NCBI GenBank assembly: GCA_030603665.1 | Contig: JAUVXJ010000008.1 | Span: 94,900-158,899, forward strand | DNA length: 64,000 nucleotides | DNA from: Chloroflexota bacterium | GTDB taxonomy: Bacteria > Chloroflexota > Anaerolineae > UBA7937 > B3-Chlor | Reading direction: 5' to 3' | In this document: one piece after another, positions 18,336 through 26,328 of the stretch | Numbering within the stretch: the first letter of the stretch is position 1 | Layout: each line of letters begins with the position of its first letter | Notes under the pieces: generated by a model | What the model saw: only the letters and a program-made list of their open reading frames with translations | What the model was told of the DNA's origin: nothing | Databases searched by the model: none | Made by a program: the position numbers and the translations under genes

Positions 18336-21007
18336 GCTGCCGCCTCCACCTCCAAATGCACGATGCCCTTGTTCCCATCTACTGCGATCATTTCCCCCTC
18401 CGGCACCAAGTCCGTCGCGCCTGGTATCCCCATCACCGACGGAATGCCATACTCCCGCGCCACGATGGCCCCGTGGGACAGCATGCCGCCAACCTCGGTC
18501 ACGACCCCGGCCGCTATCGCGAAGAGCGGCGTCCAGATCGGATTGGTGAACGGTGCGACCAGAATGTCACCCTTCTTCAGCTCGCCAAACTCCTCTGGGC
18601 CCCGGATCACGCGGGCCACCCCGGTGGCCAGGCCAGGGCTGGCCCCCAAGCCGCCCAGTTGGCCTTCGGACACCACGGCAGTCTCCCGGCCCTCAGCCTG
18701 GAGCTCCTCGTCGCCGCGGATGATGTCTGGCCATACCGGGCCTTTGTTGGCCTCGAACTCGGATCGCCGCTGTGCTATCAGCTCCTGCACTGGGCGAGGC
18801 GACCGAGCCTTTTCCGCCAGCTCGTCCAGGCCGAGGAAGAAGACGTCCTCGGGTTGGGCGAAGAGGCCCCGCTCTGCCCAGCGCCGCCCCAACTCCAGCA
18901 GCAGCAAACGGAATGGTGGAAAGAGACGCGTCAGCTCGAAGTGCATGGTGTCCCGCTCCCGGGTATGGATCTGGGTCTGCTTCAGCGCCCAGCGGAAGAT
19001 CGGCCAGATCAGGAAACGACCGCGGAGGCCCTGCGCCAGCCGTGACCCCACCACTTCCATCAGTTCTTGCCGCTCCTTGACCAACCGCTCCTGCTGCCGA
19101 TGAGGACTCTGCGCCTCGTCGACGTCGAGGTAACCGCGCACAAAGCTCAGGACCGGTGCAGGATCCTCCCCCCAGGTGGGGTACAGGATGTCCATCCTGA
19201 TCTCGCGGTGGCCGTATTCGCTCAAGAACCGCTCCATTTCATCGAGGAAGGCACGCCCTTGGGGCGTCTCCTCCAGGTGTGCTATGACCTCGCTCTCGTC
19301 GTATCGGCGCAGCATCTCGCTGACCACGGGAGAGGCCTTGGCCTTCTGCCCCAGGTCCCACAAGGCCTTGTTCGTGTTCATGGTCGCGTTGCCTGTCACC
19401 CCGGAGATGAGCTTGATACGCAGCTCCTGGGTGCTCTCTTCGAAGTACGGCTCCAGCAGCCTGCCCAGCATCTGATACGCCCTGTTGCAGAGGGTGATCA
19501 TGATGAAGTCGTAGTTCAACAGCCGGCTGGCTGTGCCAAGAACGAGTTGGTGGATGTGCTCTACGATATCCTCATCGGGAATCGTGTCCAAGGGAAGGGC
19601 CGCGACTTCCGCCACCTCAGTCTGGTAGCGAGCCACCAGATGAGGGAGTTGACCGGGGAAGATAACCATGAAGCGCAGGAACTGGGCTGCCACACGCAGA
19701 TAGGGCAGATTGAGTCCGCCGCGAGGCCCTTCCTCATAGCGCGTGAATGGGTTCACGACCTGAGCCACCATCTGCTCTCGTACCCACTGTGGGAGAGGCT
19801 CCAATGCCGCCTCTATGTAGTCGCGGTTGAAGTAAGGCTGGTTGTAGAACACGCCCACAGCCTCCATCCCCTCAGGTGGCTTGAGGCCCACAGCCTCGAA
19901 GAAGAAGGCCAGCATCCCAGCCAACATAGGCTGAATCGCCGACAGGAAGATGGGGGAGAGAGGGTCTGGGAACATCTCCACGAACATGGTCCGGTTGTAC
20001 TCCGTCTCGGCGGCCGCCTCCTCGGCTAGCGGCGGCGCAAGCGTGGTGATGGGTCGTGACTGGAGGACGTAGAGGCGCCCCTGGGCATAGGTCCATTCGA
20101 TGTCCTGCGGCACCCCATAGTGGCTCTCGATCCGCTGACCCAGGGCTGCCACCTCCGCCACCTGTTCGTCGGTCAGGGCCGGAACCTCCCTTCGCTCGGG
20201 AGGCGTCTCCCGCTCCACCGTGCCCCCTTCCTTCGCGTACTCGATGACCCGGTCCTTGCTCCCCATCTGCCGTGAGACGATGTGACCATCGCTCTTGCGA
20301 ACGGTGAAGCTGTCCGGGGTGACCAGACCGGAGACGATGGCCTCTCCAAGGCCCCAACTGGCGTTGATGACCACCTCGTCAGGGTTGCCGGTCATGGGGT
20401 TGGCCGTGAAAATGATCCCCGAGATCTCGGAGTCGATCATGGCCTGAACCACCACCGCCAGATACACCTTGTGATGGTCGAAGCCCTGCCGGGCACGGTA
20501 GGTCACCGCCCGGGCCGTCCACAGCGAGGCCCAACAGTTCTTGACGCACTCCACCAGCTCCTCGGTCCCGCAGACGTTGAGATACGTATCCTGCTGGCCC
20601 GCGAAGGAGGCGGTGGGCAGGTCTTCGGCAGTGGCCGAGGAGCGCACCGCCACCGGGACCTCAGACACGTCCGTCTTGCCCAGCTCCATGGCTAGGCGGT
20701 GGTAGGCCTTCAGGATCTGCTCGACCATCGGCGCCGGCACTTCCTGTTGTGCGATGAGATCGCGAATGCGTGCCGTCTTGGCCTCCACGTCGGCGGGGTC
20801 GTCTTGGCGAGTCTCGGCGAGGATGTCGCGGATTGGCTCATCCAGAGCTGCCGCCTGGATGAAGTCCCGATAAGCGCCTGCCGCAAGGCAGAATCCCGGC
20901 GGCACAGGCAGGCGCGCCACCGCCATCTCTCCCAGGTTGGCCGCCTTACCGCCCACCAGGCCCACGTCGCCCGCCCCGACTTCTTCAAACCAACGTATGT
21001 AGGTCAT
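18332..21007 (-). CDS. PEP-utilising enzyme, rifampin-phosphotransferase-like architecture (ATP-grasp N-terminus, swivel His domain at C-terminus, no TIM-barrel domain)
   Basis: The internal ATG gives MTYIRWFEEVGAGDVGLVGGKAANLGEM (PPDK_N). The C-terminus GGMLSHGAIVAREYGIPSV is the phosphohistidine swivel, and the protein ends about 40 aa later. Confidence 0.85.
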   Translation of the reverse strand: MTYIRWFEEVGAGDVGLVGGKAANLGEMAVARLPVPPGFCLAAGAYRDFIQAAALDEPIRDILAETRQDDPADVEAKTARIRDLIAQQEVPAPMVEQILKAYHRLAMELGKTDVSEVPVAVRSSATAEDLPTASFAGQQDTYLNVCGTEELVECVKNCWASLWTARAVTYRARQGFDHHKVYLAVVVQAMIDSEISGIIFTANPMTGNPDEVVINASWGLGEAIVSGLVTPDSFTVRKSDGHIVSRQMGSKDRVIEYAKEGGTVERETPPERREVPALTDEQVAEVAALGQRIESHYGVPQDIEWTYAQGRLYVLQSRPITTLAPPLAEEAAAETEYNRTMFVEMFPDPLSPIFLSAIQPMLAGMLAFFFEAVGLKPPEGMEAVGVFYNQPYFNRDYIEAALEPLPQWVREQMVAQVVNPFTRYEEGPRGGLNLPYLRVAAQFLRFMVIFPGQLPHLVARYQTEVAEVAALPLDTIPDEDIVEHIHQLVLGTASRLLNYDFIMITLCNRAYQMLGRLLEPYFEESTQELRIKLISGVTGNATMNTNKALWDLGQKAKASPVVSEMLRRYDESEVIAHLEETPQGRAFLDEMERFLSEYGHREIRMDILYPTWGEDPAPVLSFVRGYLDVDEAQSPHRQQERLVKERQELMEVVGSRLAQGLRGRFLIWPIFRWALKQTQIHTRERDTMHFELTRLFPPFRLLLLELGRRWAERGLFAQPEDVFFLGLDELAEKARSPRPVQELIAQRRSEFEANKGPVWPDIIRGDEELQAEGRETAVVSEGQLGGLGASPGLATGVARVIRGPEEFGELKKGDILVAPFTNPIWTPLFAIAAGVVTEVGGMLSHGAIVAREYGIPSVMGIPGATDLVPEGEMIAVDGNKGIVHLEVEAAA

Positions 21008-21023
21008 TGTGTACCTCGCTTTC

Positions 21024-21082
21024 AGTCTTTCGCCATACTGTGAACACACTCTCGAATGAGCCCCAGTTCGCTGAACTCCCGG
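21024..21082 (-). promoter_or_regulatory. copy A (degenerate) of the dispersed palindrome + phased-heptamer + -10 element, upstream of the PEP-utilising gene
   Basis: Minus sense: GGAGTTCAGCGAACTGGGGCTCAT-TCGAGAG-N4-TTCACAG-N8-AAGACT, then 16 nt to the ATG at 21007. Confidence 0.45.
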
Positions 21083-21093
21083 GAACCTCGCAC

Positions 21094-21795
21094 CTAGCAC
21101 ATGCCAGGCTGGGTTTCATCCGCTGGTGCGGATCGTTGCCTGCCCCGAAGCCACTCCACGATAAGCACGATTCCGGCCACCAGGGGAGCAGCGAACAAGC
21201 TGCCAACAACGAGAAACAGCAGCCGCTGCTCTTCGGCTTCAGTGCCCATAGCCCCGAACGATAGGCTGAACCACCATAAGCCGACACAGAGCCATGCAGC
21301 AGCCACAGCGACGCTCGTCAGAAGCCCCGCGGCAAGGGCCGCTGCCCACTTGCGACGCGGTATCCTGTGCGTGGCGTTCGCGCGGAGCCTCGCGCCGGAC
21401 CACAGCATCCATGCCCCCGCACCCGCGAGAATGGTGGAGAAAAGAGATGCCCCAAGGTAAGGTACCACCTCTAGAGCCCGCGCAGTGGGCAGAAACTTCA
21501 ACCAATGAAAGAGCGAGGGGAGCCAATATACCATCGCTGGCACGCCCAGAACTACCAAGACTCCGCCCCACACGAACCTGGTCATCCGACCACGTTGCGA
21601 TGCGCTCCAGTCACTCCTCCACCTGCCTGCCCCGGACGACACCATCCACGCCCCCAGACCGGCGTTGACGATAGCGCCGAGCAGAGGGATCAGAAAGATC
21701 AGGGGCTCCCCCCCCCAATCGCCCACGCCCACTCGAACATGAAAAGAGAAACAAACGTCGCTGGCACACCGACACCCAGCAAGACCCAGCCACAC
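21094..21795 (-). CDS. integral membrane protein (hypothetical)
   Basis: Long ORF with about 6 hydrophobic helices rich in Trp and Gly. The exact start is uncertain. Confidence 0.5.
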   Translation of the reverse strand: MWLGLAGCRCASDVCFSFHVRVGVGDWGGEPLIFLIPLLGAIVNAGLGAWMVSSGAGRWRSDWSASQRGRMTRFVWGGVLVVLGVPAMVYWLPSLFHWLKFLPTARALEVVPYLGASLFSTILAGAGAWMLWSGARLRANATHRIPRRKWAAALAAGLLTSVAVAAAWLCVGLWWFSLSFGAMGTEAEEQRLLFLVVGSLFAAPLVAGIVLIVEWLRGRQRSAPADETQPGMC

Positions 21796-21867
21796 ATGAA
21801 CCTAGCCATCAAATCATCCTCCTTTCCCCTTCTATCCTCCTCCGGTGTTTAACAACCCTTCACTCTC

Positions 21868-21924
21868 AGTCTGCCACATGGATTTCAAACTGCTCTCAAA
21901 CGGGTCCCAATTCGCTGAACGCTG
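21868..21924 (-). promoter_or_regulatory. copy B of the dispersed element, upstream of membrane-protein gene 21094..21795
   Basis: Minus sense: CGTTCAGCGAATTGGGACCCGT-TTGAGAG-N4-TTGAAAT-CCATGTGG-CAGACT. Confidence 0.5.
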
Positions 21925-22015
21925 ATAAGCCGCATTCCCCTTGAGTCCCTCGGGCTCCGCGATCTCAGGCCAGTGAATGTTGGCGCGGGTTTTCGGGCAC
22001 TGTCCGATCTCCGAG

Positions 22016-22768
22016 TCACTCGCTGTCAAGCCATAATCCAAGCAATCCCAGTAGGATGAACGGTATGTCCGAGGGTCTCAGTTCCAGGCGCTCCTTTGGG
22101 AGAAACCCAGCAGCGATTTCCTCCACCAGCCGGGTGCGAAGATCGGTGTTTGCGCTGGCAAAGGCTTCTAGCGTGCTCTTGAGGGTTTCCGCTTCTCCAG
22201 CCAGGGGCACGATGGCTTCCTCGTAGGCTAACCAGTGGACTTTCGGCGGTCCGTAAGGGCGTTCCTCTGCCTCGCGCCACAGGTAGTCTGCGTCCGCCAA
22301 TCCCTGTATTACGTAATCCACCACCCACTTGCACGTTTGAACCACGTCTCCGGCGATCCCCACTGGGCTTGACGTGACGGGCCGTCGCAACTCTCCACCT
22401 ATCACCCTCGCCACCACAACTGGGACGGGATCCGATCTTGGGGCGCCGCTGAGCGCATCCATAATGGCCCTCTCCAGGCTGGGAGGTAGGTCAGCGCCCT
22501 CGCTCTGCGCATATACGGCCACTGGTGGCCTGGCGAGAGACAGTGGAAGATCTGTCTTCTCCATTTCCAGAGAGATGTACCCTTGCGCTGCGAGGGAGAT
22601 GAAAGCGGCCTCGAAGAGCTTGTAGGCCAAACTCGTGGTTTGCACTACTGCTCGGCCTCTGTGAGCCAGCAGTGTCTGGCCCCCCAAGAATGGGCTGCCC
22701 GGTAGGTGCACAAAGTCATCCCCGAAGAGATAGACCAAACCGCTGGCAGTCACACGCTCGCTTTCCAC
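22016..22768 (-). CDS. hypothetical protein (250 aa, no recognised domain)
   Basis: Clean ORF with protein-like composition. No motif was recognised. Confidence 0.5.
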   Translation of the reverse strand: MESERVTASGLVYLFGDDFVHLPGSPFLGGQTLLAHRGRAVVQTTSLAYKLFEAAFISLAAQGYISLEMEKTDLPLSLARPPVAVYAQSEGADLPPSLERAIMDALSGAPRSDPVPVVVARVIGGELRRPVTSSPVGIAGDVVQTCKWVVDYVIQGLADADYLWREAEERPYGPPKVHWLAYEEAIVPLAGEAETLKSTLEAFASANTDLRTRLVEEIAAGFLPKERLELRPSDIPFILLGLLGLWLDSE

Positions 22769-22774
22769 CTACAC

Positions 22775-22893
22775 CTCTCTTTGAGTTCTTCGCTATCCTC
22801 TCTAGGGAGCCCAAGTGCGCTGAACTCCGGTAATCCTACTCAATAGATCGCCCGGCCAGCGAAGAAGATCATCGCAAGTATGTAGCTGACCAT
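22775..22893 (-). repeat. copy C of the dispersed element plus a decayed duplicate of the last ~28 codons of gene 24730..25431
   Basis: 22807-22893 aligns with 24736-24822 at roughly 75% identity by eye. It translates MVSYILAMIFFAGRAIY*VGLPEFSALGL, against SYVVAMLFFAGWGIYWGGLPEFSELGLI in the intact gene. Confidence 0.6.
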
Positions 22894-22947
22894 AGCTCCA
22901 CAGCGCTCCAGCGCTCTGCCGCGCCAGCCAACTTGCCCCTGCGACGT

Positions 22948-24468
22948 TCACGAACCAGGCAGCACACTGCTCCGTTGGTGCACCGGCTGCCGATCCTCAT
23001 TTGACAACAGGGTGGCATACGGGCCGAGAAGATCCTCGTACAGGCGGTGATAGAACTCCGGCAAACTCTGTGACTCTCCCTCGTGAAAGGCCCTGAACTG
23101 CGGATCTGTCTTCATCTGGTGTACGAAGCCTCTGAGTCTTGCGACCATTTGTCGCATGCCCAGGGCTCGTGTGAGATGTATCAAGCGTACGATGCCCGAC
23201 GTAGACTCCAGTCTCCTGCGCAGCATCTTGCCGGATGTCAAGTGCGAAAGGATCTCGATGTATCTCTCATAGTAGGTCATGGGGCTGTAGTGCTTCAGTC
23301 TGGTCGCCAGGTAGGGACCCCAATAGAAGGCGAAGGGCATGGAGGTGAGCACCCGTCCTTCGTCTAGATGCTGCTCATATAGTGGTGTCCCTCCGAAGGG
23401 AGTGGGGACGCTGATCAGCGGCCAGACGAATGGAGCTCGGGTGATGAACTCCTTGGTCAACTCCACAGGTTCATCGCCTTCGTCTACGTCAAGCCCAAAG
23501 ATGAAGTTGGCCTGTAGCGCCGGAACATGGTCCCGTATCTGCTCGAAGTGCTCCACCACCCGCTCCAGCTTCTCTCTCCCTGTCACCGCAGACCCAGCAC
23601 CAGCCTTGTTCGAGTAAGCCTTCCACGATTCAACTCCCGGAGCGATGGCGACGAAGCCGACATCTCCGAGTCGCTGCAATCGGGTGGGGCGCAGGATGGA
23701 TAGGGAGCACTCCATGACGTATCGTTTGCGCCCGTCGTGAGATACGCTCTCTAACACCTCTAGCACCTGGTCGAACTTGATGCCGAAGTTGGCGTCGTGG
23801 AAGGCGACCAGCACCCCGGGATACTCCTGCAGGATGAAGCGCAGATCCGACTCCAGTCGCTCCAGAGAGTGTGGTACGTAGGGAGTGTTCCAGTCGACGC
23901 AGAAGTCACAGCTGTATGGACAGCCCGTACTTGTCAGCAATGGGATTGAGGCCAAAGCATGGGGCCTGCCTCGCCAGAAACTGGAGGCGCGGATATACGG
24001 CATTCGCTCTTCCACGCTGGGGACATCCGTGAGCATGCGGCCGCTGGTCACGATCCGCCCCACGGGAGGTTCAAACAGGATGTCGGCGATCAACCTCTTG
24101 TCGCAGTGACGCACTACCACGTCAAAGAACCGCGCGCAGTCATCCGGGAATCCCTTGGCGTGAGCGCCGCCGATGACGGTAAGTGTGTTCTCCCGCCGGT
24201 AGAGCTTCGCCAAAGCATAGGCCAAAGGACTGGCCTGTGTATGGCTTGAGATGAATACCAAATCGAGATCGTTCGGGAGGAGCTGTTTGGGATCCTTCTG
24301 TCCGTAGTAGGTAGCATAGAACACCTCATGGCCAAGGCTCTGGCACCACACGCTCACGGCCTGGGGCATGACGCTGGCGTTCTGCTTAAGGGCCAGATGT
24401 GCATATCCCTTCTGATTCCAAGGGGTATTGACCGCGGCGTTCAGTAGCTCGAGGACTCCTACCCTCAT
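22948..24468 (-). CDS. B12-binding-domain radical SAM protein
   Basis: AGAGGAG SD before the internal ATG (MRVGVLEL). N-terminal Rossmann-like B12-binding-type domain (VFISSHT...TVIGGAH), then the CPYSCDFC CxxxCxxC motif. Confidence 0.85.
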   Translation of the reverse strand: MRVGVLELLNAAVNTPWNQKGYAHLALKQNASVMPQAVSVWCQSLGHEVFYATYYGQKDPKQLLPNDLDLVFISSHTQASPLAYALAKLYRRENTLTVIGGAHAKGFPDDCARFFDVVVRHCDKRLIADILFEPPVGRIVTSGRMLTDVPSVEERMPYIRASSFWRGRPHALASIPLLTSTGCPYSCDFCVDWNTPYVPHSLERLESDLRFILQEYPGVLVAFHDANFGIKFDQVLEVLESVSHDGRKRYVMECSLSILRPTRLQRLGDVGFVAIAPGVESWKAYSNKAGAGSAVTGREKLERVVEHFEQIRDHVPALQANFIFGLDVDEGDEPVELTKEFITRAPFVWPLISVPTPFGGTPLYEQHLDEGRVLTSMPFAFYWGPYLATRLKHYSPMTYYERYIEILSHLTSGKMLRRRLESTSGIVRLIHLTRALGMRQMVARLRGFVHQMKTDPQFRAFHEGESQSLPEFYHRLYEDLLGPYATLLSNEDRQPVHQRSSVLPGS

Positions 24469-24668
24469 GCACAAATCTCCTCTTGGCCAGCGCCAGGCCA
24501 TGCCTGCACGTGCATTGGCTGGGAGGTTCCGCCAGCCTACTCACACGGCACAGGCATTGCCGCCGGGGTTCGCGACGACAGAGGAAGGCATGTGCACCGC
24601 TGTCCCCGTATCATCGCTCACCCCCTTGCGAGACCGCTTTCCTCGTGATTTTGATAGTCTACAGTTAC

Positions 24669-24759
24669 AGTCTAGCAGACAGGTCTCAAGAAGATCTCAA
24701 ATCGCGTCCTTGCGGGTCTCAAGAAGGCCTCAAATGAGCCCCAGTTCACTGAACTCCGG
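24669..24759 (-). promoter_or_regulatory. copy a/D (best copy) of the dispersed element: palindrome AGTTCAGTGAACT, four TTGAG(A/G)N heptamers on an 11-bp grid, N8, TAGACT
   Basis: Heptamers sit at 24733-24727, 24722-24716, 24700-24694 and 24689-24683 (minus sense). The hexamer is at 24674-24669. The upstream part overlaps the last codons of gene 24730..25431. Confidence 0.6.
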
Positions 24760-25431
24760 TAGTCCTCCCCAGTAGATCCCCCAGCCTGCAAAGAACAGCA
24801 TCGCGACCACGTAGCTGAAAAGGAAGAAGAGCAGGAGGGGCTCCTCGCGAAGCTTGTGCCTCCCCCATACCAGACCAGCCATTGTCACTGCAATAGCGAA
24901 GGGAATGCCCAAGAGCGCGGTTTCGCCTTCAACGACTATGGCGAAGAACGTCAGGCCGTGGATGATCCCTGCCAGGACCACAATACCTGGCGATGATCTC
25001 TCTCCCGTGAACGGGTTTTGCCATTGCCGAATCAGCAACAGGGCGGAAAGCCCCACAACCCCCAGGTGCCACAAGTAGTGGCTCAAGACCTCGTCATAGA
25101 AACTGGTGAGGATAGAGGCATCACTGCCAGTCATCTCCTCCAGCAGATGGCCAATGGAGTTGGCGGCCAGGTGCATGCCTTGACCCTGAACCCAAAGTGC
25201 CGCCAGAACCATGAAGGCCACGCCTTCGCCAAGGCTGGGTTTCTTCTCTTGCCCAACCTGGTACAAGAGCCAATAGAGAGGGATGAGGAGCAAGGGGGTT
25301 AGGAGGTCAAAGACATCGCCCAGCTTCATCAAGGGGTATGGGCCAAACTGAGTCTCTAGGACGGGCGGCCCCATGAAGAACACCGCGAAGGCTACAGAGA
25401 ATACGAGGATCAAGCGATGCAAGCGAGACAT
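24730..25431 (-). CDS. integral membrane protein (hypothetical, about 7 TM)
   Basis: AGGAGG lies 6 nt before the ATG at 25431 (MSRLHRLILVF). The protein is hydrophobic throughout and ends LPEFSELGLI. Confidence 0.65.
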   Translation of the reverse strand: MSRLHRLILVFSVAFAVFFMGPPVLETQFGPYPLMKLGDVFDLLTPLLLIPLYWLLYQVGQEKKPSLGEGVAFMVLAALWVQGQGMHLAANSIGHLLEEMTGSDASILTSFYDEVLSHYLWHLGVVGLSALLLIRQWQNPFTGERSSPGIVVLAGIIHGLTFFAIVVEGETALLGIPFAIAVTMAGLVWGRHKLREEPLLLFFLFSYVVAMLFFAGWGIYWGGLPEFSELGLI

Positions 25432-25782
25432 AGCAGGCCTCCTATTCACTGGGGACGCCCGGCGCCAAGTCACCGGCATGGGCCTTCCAAGCCATATACC
25501 GTCCTACGAGGTAGCCGCCCTTCGTCTCTTCATCTGAGCCCTCCTTTGATCGCAGCTCAGTCTCATATATACGTGAGAGGCGACTATGGCGCGCCGGTGC
25601 ATTCTCTGGCCGGTCAGGGGTCAGCGCACACGGCGAGATCCTCGGTCTGTGCGATTGGTGCCAATGGAGCAGTCTAGCTGCGCTCAACGTCGGCAGGCGC
25701 TCCTCTTCCGGCGCCCGTCGGTCGTGGTCTAGACTCCAGGGGTCCCTCCTCCCATGTGGAGTCCTTGGAATCAAGAGCAGGC

Positions 25783-25815
25783 AACGAAAAGCCCGCCTGC
25801 TTGCGGCAGACGGGC
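25783..25815 (-). terminator. intrinsic terminator GCCCGUCUGC-CGCAA-GCAGGCGGGC-UUUUCGUU
   Basis: 10-bp GC-rich stem (one G-U pair), a 5-nt loop, and a U-tract immediately 3'. Confidence 0.6.
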
Positions 25816-25919
25816 GTCTGTGGTAAGGTAGCACGCAGCCGAGGTGCCCGTCCCGCGCCTTGGCCATAGCCTCACCGGTTCTGCAGGACCAGGTGAGGCT
25901 TCCTTTTGTGGAGCGTTGT
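25783..25919 (-). ncRNA. candidate ~135-nt small RNA or terminator/antiterminator leader
   Basis: Bounded by a consensus promoter (25954-25926) and an intrinsic terminator (25815-25783). It contains a 9-bp hairpin AGCCUCACC/GGUGAGGCU, and a GACGGGC segment able to pair with the 5' arm of the terminator. Confidence 0.45.
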
Positions 25920-25925
25920 GGAACT

Positions 25926-25954
25926 AGTATACCAGATGCTGCCACATTTGTCAA
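25926..25954 (-). promoter_or_regulatory. sigma70-type promoter TTGACA-17 nt-TATACT
   Basis: Read directly on the minus strand: TTGACAaatgtggcagcatctggTATACT. Confidence 0.6.
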
Positions 25955-26168
25955 GCACTCTAGATAGTACGTACGATACATTAGACACTGGCACAGTCCT
26001 GGCTCTGCATGCGGAACCAGATCATGGGGCGGACGTGGCGTACTGCCAGTGCGGCGGAGGCGAAGAACCCTTCGGCCGCCGTATCCCGTTACGCCTCTCG
26101 TCGCCCTTCGTCGTTGCATCCTACATCACCCCACTGCACACAAACCTCGCTCGGGTTTGTCGACCAAC

Positions 26169-26200
26169 AGCCTAGCATAAGGGTCTCAAAATCGTCTCCG
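26169..26200 (-). promoter_or_regulatory. copy c of the dispersed element (short form), divergent from the SARP-like regulator gene
   Basis: Minus sense: GGAGACGATT-TTGAGAC-CCTTATGC-TAGGCT. Confidence 0.5.
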
Positions 26201-26328
26201 TGATTTGGCTTGACCTTGATCTCTCCGAGTGGATTCGCAGCAGGGATCGTCTCTTGCGGCAGGAATCATCATCATGAATGCTCTGTGTGCCATGCCCAGG
26301 CGCGCAGTTGCTTCAAGCGGAAGAAAGG

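Noticed and set aside
21058-24759. Integron-like cassette array, since same-strand genes are each followed by a conserved repeat (attC-like?).
   Set aside because: - No IntI integrase or attI is present in the window.
- The repeat lacks RYYYAAC/GTTRRRY core sites and the long imperfect attC palindrome.
- The repeat is physically continuous with promoter-like heptamer arrays, which explains its position better.
24733-24759. PEF-CTERM-type sorting signal suggested by the recurring PEFSELG peptide.
   Set aside because: PEF-CTERM signals have the motif before a terminal TM helix and a basic tail. Here the motif follows the last TM helix and ends the protein. Three of the four copies are outside any ORF.
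25442-26119. A 225-aa minus-strand ORF spanning the long spacer between the membrane-protein gene and the regulator.
   Set aside because: It is extremely Arg-rich and has no SD. It runs straight across a consensus promoter and an intrinsic terminator. The region is better explained as non-coding (sRNA/leader).
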